NCBI GenBank assembly: GCA_965368975.1
Contig: CBDUPA010000024.1
Span: 1 to 64,000 of the forward strand
Length of the DNA stretch: 64,000 nt
Source of the DNA: an uncultured bacterium
GTDB lineage: Bacteria; Acidobacteriota; Thermoanaerobaculia; Multivoradales; JAHZIX01
Direction: 5' to 3'
Numbering within the stretch: the first letter of the stretch is position 1; each line of letters opens with the position of its first letter. Position numbers and translations under genes: made by a program. Below, one piece after another: positions 58,801-64,000 of the stretch. The notes beneath the pieces were generated by a model that saw nothing but the letters and a program-made list of their open reading frames with translations, did no database searches and was not told the DNA's origin.

Positions 58801-60048
58801 TCCCAACTGCGCGTCAACGCCCGCCGTGCCCGTAGCAACGGTGGCGACGGCACGGTCAATCACCAGGGGGACTACCGCATCGACTCCCTGGCTCCCGGTA
58901 CCTGGACAGTGGTCGCCTCTCTCGACGGACAGGGACGTACAGTGCAGGGAGACATTGAGCTGCCCGAAGGGGCGACCGAAGTGCGGCTCGACCTCGAGTT
59001 CACGCCGGGCTTCGAGGTGACGGGGATGGTCGTGCAGGGTGGGCAGCCGGTGACCGATGCCAGGGTCAACTTCGTGCCCAGCGGCGAAGGCGCCGAAGAG
59101 CGGATCGGCGCATCCGTATCCACCGACTACCAGGGCCGCTTCCGGCTCGAAGTATCGGCTCCCGGCACCTACACCGCCAGCATCCACCACTTCGACAGCG
59201 GCATCCAGCACAACGAGGACGTCGAGGTGAGTCATGGCAGCGACCTGACCATCGAGCTGCCCACCAACCTCCTCGCAGGCCAGGTCCGCGACGCCAGCAG
59301 CCGCGAGCCGTTGGCCGACGCGCGGGTCGAGCTGCAGTCAGAGGGAGAACGGCGTTTGCCCGGTGGTCGCGTGACCACCGATGGCGAAGGCCGTTTCCGT
59401 TTCGAGGGCGTGGCCGCTGGAGACTGGACCGTCCGTGCCAGCAAGGACGGTTACGCCCCAGCTGAGCGGCGGGTGACTCTGGCGTCCGGGGACACCGTCG
59501 ATGACGTGGTGCTCGACCTCAGCGCCACCGAGGGCCTGACCCTCGACGTCCTGCTGCCTTCCGGCGAAGCTGCCGATCAAGTCACGGTGGCGGTGGTCGA
59601 CACCGGCAATCGCCCCAGCTTCACCGGCAACTACGGCACGGGTGAAGGAGGTCGCGTGCACGTCCCCTCGGCGCCGCCCGGGCAATGGGACGTCCTGGTC
59701 AGCGGCAATGGTGGTGCCACCGTGCGCATCAGTGCGAGTATTCCCGGTCCACCGATTGCCATCCGCCTGCCCTACGCCGGCAGCGTCGAGGTGATCGTGC
59801 CCGAACTCGACGGTGGCAGCGTGCAGCAACCGGTCAAGGCCGAGCTCGTGAGCGCTGACGGCCGTGCCCACGCCGCCGTCTACCGCTTCGGAGCACCGCG
59901 CTCCGCCTGGACGCTGCGCGGTAGCCAGGTGCGCATCGACTCCGTGCCCGTCGGGTCGTGGCGGGTCAACGTCACGGCCGCTGATGGCACCAGCTGGAGC
60001 GGTAGTGTGACCGTCACCCCGGGGGGTGTCGCGCAGCTGGTGCTCTAG
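55885..60048 (+). CDS. Exported protein of tandem carboxypeptidase-regulatory-like (prealbumin-fold) domains
   Basis: Signal peptide; about ten GxVxD..G.P..GA.V...TD..GRF...PG.Y repeats; GGGAG RBS. Confidence 0.9.
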   Translation: MKRALRSALHNLLLVALALVQPWDSIPLAAQELSISGRILDDTGQPLAAATLELVAEPTAYERSQLLAEGRAYPAPTVQTRSAADGRFRLVAPQAGMWVVLAKAPGRGTQEFALHPLVHSMALPDVELQPVTWLVVRGLPASARVLGQGWMLRANPFQLQAWGMATRVVSAPRAGGPVQVPVDAGERLRLEAWAPGYSSAMVDATGRDSSVTLTLQPLGARSVVVKDARGQVAAGVVLRLGEAGWPAAETDAEGRCALAPPMGVESLWIELLAPDGRRGRTALEAPPDNMPLELTLPALVRTRGRVLVKDSRQPIAGAWVWYSGREAEVVRTGAGGTFDMETGTLSPGTGRAQSVLQAAAAGYLNSFDGVARRGGPRTVQIADDTESTLTLLPAVQVHGRVVDTQDRGLAGVRVSARPDLVRRQFQTLSGDGAVTDAQGRFVLAALGPESAYEISLQAEGYARMSQTLTTLPAGQEQPRPTFTLQRGRRIFGWILDVEGTPIAGAGVVLAESQPAMQRTYRRSLRFLQGAPEKGLEAFTDAEGRFEFVHVPAGTYDLEADAVGFVATTVPGLEVAPGTDDLDLGDIYLDPGVTISGRVTDAQGQPLAEVSVTARPVGQVGGSLVRDLMRRRLGGEDGGIRSAVDGVFEVPDLALGSKVNLHFDREGYQGVEIPGVEVPPALPVEAVMQASSQVRGRVETEQGEPVERARVMLVTRGRTDRFRGPLFHVTELDGTFILDQVPPGTYQFNVAGESFLPYQGADVEVTAGSDVEGLVAVLQPGSEVAGRVLDPQGRPVAGALVQLMVESESNPFVRGVMNTAQASTDGDGRYRLQGLPPGRQSIEARHEAYRRVVADLEVRTGTNALDLHLETGFEIRGRAVDAFGTPLSGVGVRSFPTGGGDFRETVSDRAGSFVLSGLPEGMFRLSAELEGYTSDERYTQVQLVGASVDGVELVLRQGGAIVGTISGLEFFELSQLRVNARRARSNGGDGTVNHQGDYRIDSLAPGTWTVVASLDGQGRTVQGDIELPEGATEVRLDLEFTPGFEVTGMVVQGGQPVTDARVNFVPSGEGAEERIGASVSTDYQGRFRLEVSAPGTYTASIHHFDSGIQHNEDVEVSHGSDLTIELPTNLLAGQVRDASSREPLADARVELQSEGERRLPGGRVTTDGEGRFRFEGVAAGDWTVRASKDGYAPAERRVTLASGDTVDDVVLDLSATEGLTLDVLLPSGEAADQVTVAVVDTGNRPSFTGNYGTGEGGRVHVPSAPPGQWDVLVSGNGGATVRISASIPGPPIAIRLPYAGSVEVIVPELDGGSVQQPVKAELVSADGRAHAAVYRFGAPRSAWTLRGSQVRIDSVPVGSWRVNVTAADGTSWSGSVTVTPGGVAQLVL

Positions 60049-60521
60049 CTGGTCTGCGCGGGAGAGTCTGCCCCACGCTGGGATCTCAACTGCTCGACCA
60101 TCACCGCCGCATCGAACGTGACCGGGAGCTGCTTCTGCAGGCTACCGTCCGGGCGCAGCACGAAGAGACGGGGAAAGCCCGCCGCCTCGTGCTGCTCCAG
60201 GAAGGCCTCGCCCTCGTCGGACTCGTACTCCAGTCGCACGACTTTCCACCGCGCCAGCTCGCTGCGCACGTCGGCATCCGCGAACACGCTCTGGTCCAGC
60301 TTGCGGCAGCTCGGGCACCAGATCGCCGAGACGTTGACCAGGATCGGCGAGCCGTCCTGCAAGGCTGCGGCTTGGGCGGCGTCGAGGGATAGGAATTCGA
60401 GTTCCGTCTCGGCCAACGCTTGACGGCCGAGGTAGCTCTGCACCTCGACGTTGACGAAGTACGCGGCCAGAACGACGACGGCGATGATCGCGAGCTTGAC
60501 GAGATTCGAACGCTGGAACAC
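60045..60521 (-). CDS. Membrane-anchored thioredoxin family protein
   Basis: WCPSC and GFP cis-Pro motif; N-terminal TM; AGGAG before GTG 60521. Confidence 0.85.
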   Translation of the reverse strand: MFQRSNLVKLAIIAVVVLAAYFVNVEVQSYLGRQALAETELEFLSLDAAQAAALQDGSPILVNVSAIWCPSCRKLDQSVFADADVRSELARWKVVRLEYESDEGEAFLEQHEAAGFPRLFVLRPDGSLQKQLPVTFDAAVMVEQLRSQRGADSPAQTS

Positions 60522-60564
60522 GGGGATCTCCTGACTGGATGTGACGTCGAGGGGCTGCGTGGAT

Positions 60565-61002
60565 TTAGCAGCGGTGGTGGTCCGGCGTCCAGGTACGGAT
60601 GCGTTTCTTGATTTCGCCGCGATCCCGGATGCCTTCGTCGAGTACTTGCCGCACCAACTCCGGCAGCTCTTCGTCACTGGCGAAGCGTAGCGCCACCATC
60701 TGGCCCGGCGTCAGCTCGGCGATGCGCGGGCGCAGGTCGTCGGACACCAGGTCTTGCAGGCGTAGCCGCATCTCCAGGCGGATCAAGCGGTCCTGCACCT
60801 GGAGCGCGAAGACACGGGCGTAGAGCAGCGTGCCGAGCAAGACGAACGCCAACACCACCATCGCTGCGCTATGGATCGATGGCTGGCGGATCAACTCCCA
60901 GACGGCCAGGCCGAGGAGCAGCATGCCCAAGGGGAACAGGACGAAGTGGTAGGCGGGGACGAACTTGGCGTGTTGTGCCAGAGATTGTTTCTGTTCGGAC
61001 AT
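60565..61002 (-). CDS. DUF6526-like membrane protein
   Basis: Two TMs; QDRLIRLEMRLR, QMVALRFASDEEL. Confidence 0.75.
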   Translation of the reverse strand: MSEQKQSLAQHAKFVPAYHFVLFPLGMLLLGLAVWELIRQPSIHSAAMVVLAFVLLGTLLYARVFALQVQDRLIRLEMRLRLQDLVSDDLRPRIAELTPGQMVALRFASDEELPELVRQVLDEGIRDRGEIKKRIRTWTPDHHRC

Positions 61003-61065
61003 AGTGGCCTCCTGTCAAGTCCGTCCAGCCGGTGCTGGATCGGCACCTGTTGTTCTAGGCGGACG

Positions 61066-61596
61066 TTACTTTCCGGGTCGGGTGACCGCTCCCGTGCCCT
61101 GCAACTGGACGATACGGTACGGACCATCTCCGAGGCTCTCCGGGTCGAATTCCAGACCCTGCTCTTCCGCCACGTGGCGCTGCCAGCCTTCGTAGTCTTC
61201 ACGGCTGAGGTCGAAGATGCGGATGGTGCCCTGAGCGGCGGCCTGGCGGCCGTTCTCGCCCTGCGGGAAGATGATGACGTCATCCTGTACCTTGACGCGT
61301 AGCAGATTGCCTTCGCCATCTGCGACCATCATCCAGCAGCCTTTCTTCTTGCACACCTCGGTGACGAGACCTTCGACGCGGACTGTCTTGTCAGCGTAAG
61401 CGTCGGGGTCAGCGAGGATGTCAGCGATCGGAGTCGCCTGCTCGACGGTGACGCCCTCGCCATAGCTGGCGTCACCAGAGGGTGTTTCTTGGGCTCCGGG
61501 ATAGTCTTGCGCTGTGACGGTGGTGGCGACAGGTAGCAAGAGGAGGAAGCAGAGGGAGAGGCACGAGAGGGTTTGATTCACGGTCTTTGTCTCCAT
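61066..61596 (-). CDS. DUF4920-like exported OB-fold protein
   Basis: Signal peptide; VEGLVTEVCKKKGCWM. Confidence 0.8.
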   Translation of the reverse strand: METKTVNQTLSCLSLCFLLLLPVATTVTAQDYPGAQETPSGDASYGEGVTVEQATPIADILADPDAYADKTVRVEGLVTEVCKKKGCWMMVADGEGNLLRVKVQDDVIIFPQGENGRQAAAQGTIRIFDLSREDYEGWQRHVAEEQGLEFDPESLGDGPYRIVQLQGTGAVTRPGK

Positions 61597-61723
61597 GTAG
61601 TTTCCCGTATCCTCGGCGAAGCATCGTTCGGATGCAACCTCCTACCGCTGGCGAGGAGCGTCCAGGATTCGCGAGAGGCGTCGACGAGCTGGGCTGAGAA
61701 GGTGAGGGGGAGTCAGGTCTCCG

Positions 61724-64000
61724 CTACACCGGAGGCGGTTCGCCGCCGCTCAGGGTCCCGCTCAGGCCGATACGCTCCAGGAGTTCCTGGAAGCGGGTCT
61801 CACCGCGCAGCGGGTCGAAGTACGGCCGTACATGCGTCCACACCAGGTCGGCGGCGCGGGCTTCGACGGCGTCGTCGAGGGCGTCCAGAGCCTCGGCGAT
61901 GCGGCCCAGGCCGGTGTAGCAGCAGGCGAAGAGCGTGGGGGCGACGTAGCGCAAGGTGGCGGTGGTACGCAGGGCGTCGAGCAATTCTTCGGCGCGCTGG
62001 GTTTGGCCCATGCGGCCGTACGTGTGGGCCAGCGCCGAGGTGATCTCCAGGCTACCGCCGCTCAGCCGAGCCGCTTGCTTGTGTTCCTTGACGGCTTCGT
62101 CGTACATGCCGACCTGCTCGTAGGCCTGGGCCAGGAAGCAGTGTGCCATGGCGAAGCTGCCGTCCATGTCGATGCAGGTGCGGTAGGCCTCGGTGGCTTC
62201 GCGGTAGCGACGGGAGTAGAAGTACAAGAGGCCGAGGCTGATCTGGATGGCGGGTGATAGCGGGTCGAGTTGTTGCGCGCGCTTGAGGGCTTCGCCGGCC
62301 TGTGCGACGTAGCCCAGGGGCAGCAGGCAATTCATGGCGTACCACTGGTGTGTGGTGGCGTAGTTGGGGTCCAGCTCCAGGCCGCGGCGGAAGTCTTGGC
62401 GGGCGCCCGCGAAGTCCCAGTCGTAGTTGGCGCGCACGCAGCCGAGGGCGGTGTAGACCTCGGCCTGGTTCGGGTTGAGCGCCAGCGCCTGCTCGCCATA
62501 GGCCTTGGCGCGTGGCATGACGTCTCGTGGTCGCGCGGCGCCGTAGATGCCGAGGATGGCGTAGGAGTCGGCGAGGCCGGCGTAGGCTCGGCTGTAGTCG
62601 GGGTTGCTCTCGAGCGCTTGCTGGAAGTAGCCGATACCCTTGTGCAGGTCATCTTCGGTGCGCTTGTTCCAGCAGAAGCGGCCCTTCAGGTAGAGGTTGT
62701 AGGCCTCGAGGCTGGCGGTGTCGCGACCGGCGGTGGTGCGGGGCGGTGCTTTGATCAAGGTGGTCTCGAGGGCTTCGGCGATCTCGGCGGCGATCTCGTC
62801 CTGGATGTCGAATAGGTCGCGTAGCTCGCGGTCGTAGCGGCTGGACCACAGGTGGTAGCCGTCGGCGACCTTGGTCAGTTGGGCGCTGATGCGCAGTCGC
62901 GAGCCAGCCTTGCGCACGCTGCCTTCGAGCACCCAGTCGACGTTCAGCTTGCGGCCGATCTTGCGGATGTCTTCGGAGCGGCCGAGGAACTGGAAGGCCG
63001 AGGTCCGCGACGCTACGCGCAGGCCGGGGACGCGGGTCAGCAGGTTGATCAGCTCCTCGGCCATGCCGCAGCAGAAGTACTCTTGGTCTTGCTCGGCGCT
63101 GAGGTCGGCGAAGGGCAGCACGCCGACGGACGATTCTCCGTCGCTCTGCTGGGGCGGCAGACTGGCGGGCGGGTACGCGGGAGTGATCAAGGTCACCGAG
63201 GTGCTGGCCTGGCGCAGCACGTGCAGCTCGTTGAGCATCTCGGTGGCATCTTGGTACCGGTCGGACGTTTCCTTGGCCAGCGCGCTGTCGAGGATCAGGT
63301 CGAGATTGCCGCGGTCGCCGTCGCCCAAGTTGTCGATCGGCTCGATCTCTTCGTGCAGGATCGAGTGCAGAGCCGCCATGTGGCTGTCACCACGGAAAGG
63401 GACCTTGCCGGTCAACATCTCGTAGAACACGACGCCGAGGGACCACAGATCGCTGCGGTGGTCGACGCCCAGTCCGCGCACCTGCTCGGGCGACATGTAG
63501 GTGACGGTACCGACGGCGGTGCCTTCCTGGGTCAAGCGGTCACCGGGATCGGGAGTGGAGCCGAGCTTGGCGACGCCGAAGTCGAGGATCTTGACCACGC
63601 GGTCGGGGGTGATCATCAGGTTCGCGGGCTTGACGTCACGGTGCACGATGCCGTGCTTGTGAGCGGCGCCGAGGCCGTGTGCCGCCTGGATTGCCACGTC
63701 GACCGCCTCGGACACGGGCATTGCGCCACGCGCGATTCGCCGGTCGAGCGTCTCGCCCGGGTAGTAGGCCATGACGATGAACAGCTGCCCTTCCGGGGTC
63801 TCGTCGATCTCGTAGATGGTGCAGATGTTGGGGTGGTCGAGAGCGGACGCGCTCTGAGCTTCCTGGAAGAAGCGGCGACGAGCGGTGGTCTCGTCGAGCA
63901 TGCCCAGGGGCAGGAATTTCATCGCCACCTGGCGCCGCAGCCAGGTGTCCTCGGCCAGGTAGACCACGGCCATGCCGCCGCGACCCAGTTGTTCCTGGAT
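61724..64000 (-). CDS. Ser/Thr kinase with TolB-like domain and TPRs (5' truncated by window edge)
   Basis: Frame open to 64000 (IQEQLGRGGM); HRDVKPAN, DFG, YMSPEQ; VLPFADLS...LEGSVR; TPRs. Confidence 0.93.
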   Translation of the reverse strand: MQEQLGRGGMAVVYLAEDTWLRRQVAMKFLPLGMLDETTARRRFFQEAQSASALDHPNICTIYEIDETPEGQLFIVMAYYPGETLDRRIARGAMPVSEAVDVAIQAAHGLGAAHKHGIVHRDVKPANLMITPDRVVKILDFGVAKLGSTPDPGDRLTQEGTAVGTVTYMSPEQVRGLGVDHRSDLWSLGVVFYEMLTGKVPFRGDSHMAALHSILHEEIEPIDNLGDGDRGNLDLILDSALAKETSDRYQDATEMLNELHVLRQASTSVTLITPAYPPASLPPQQSDGESSVGVLPFADLSAEQDQEYFCCGMAEELINLLTRVPGLRVASRTSAFQFLGRSEDIRKIGRKLNVDWVLEGSVRKAGSRLRISAQLTKVADGYHLWSSRYDRELRDLFDIQDEIAAEIAEALETTLIKAPPRTTAGRDTASLEAYNLYLKGRFCWNKRTEDDLHKGIGYFQQALESNPDYSRAYAGLADSYAILGIYGAARPRDVMPRAKAYGEQALALNPNQAEVYTALGCVRANYDWDFAGARQDFRRGLELDPNYATTHQWYAMNCLLPLGYVAQAGEALKRAQQLDPLSPAIQISLGLLYFYSRRYREATEAYRTCIDMDGSFAMAHCFLAQAYEQVGMYDEAVKEHKQAARLSGGSLEITSALAHTYGRMGQTQRAEELLDALRTTATLRYVAPTLFACCYTGLGRIAEALDALDDAVEARAADLVWTHVRPYFDPLRGETRFQELLERIGLSGTLSGGEPPPV

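Overview
High-GC bacterial window; the gene repertoire (GWxTD-VWA protein, CHAT-TPR proteases, carboxypeptidase-regulatory repeat protein, TPR kinases) suggests Acidobacteriota, possibly Thermoanaerobaculia-like (inference). From left to right: two paralogous giant surface proteins flanking a secreted protein (1-9.8 kb); cysteine desulfurase, GWxTD-VWA protein, an HDLP-type transcarbamylase, Rieske oxygenase, PilT, an orphan MbtH-like gene with a small partner, apaH, selA and mtaB (10-26.5 kb); a five-gene operon of atypical sigma-like factor, membrane partner and three caspase-clan proteases with a divergent secreted gene (26.5-37 kb, best candidate for an undescribed system); deoxyhypusine synthase-like gene plus epmB-efp-epmA (37-41 kb); ECF sigma/anti-sigma with a TolC-MFP-RND pump (41-49.4 kb); two Ser/Thr kinase-TPR genes, an orphan adenine methyltransferase and small genes (49.4-64 kb). 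No rRNA, tRNA, CRISPR array, transposase, integrase or reverse transcriptase was recognised. All family calls come from motif recognition by eye, not database searches, and several starts were moved from the ORF track using RBS position.
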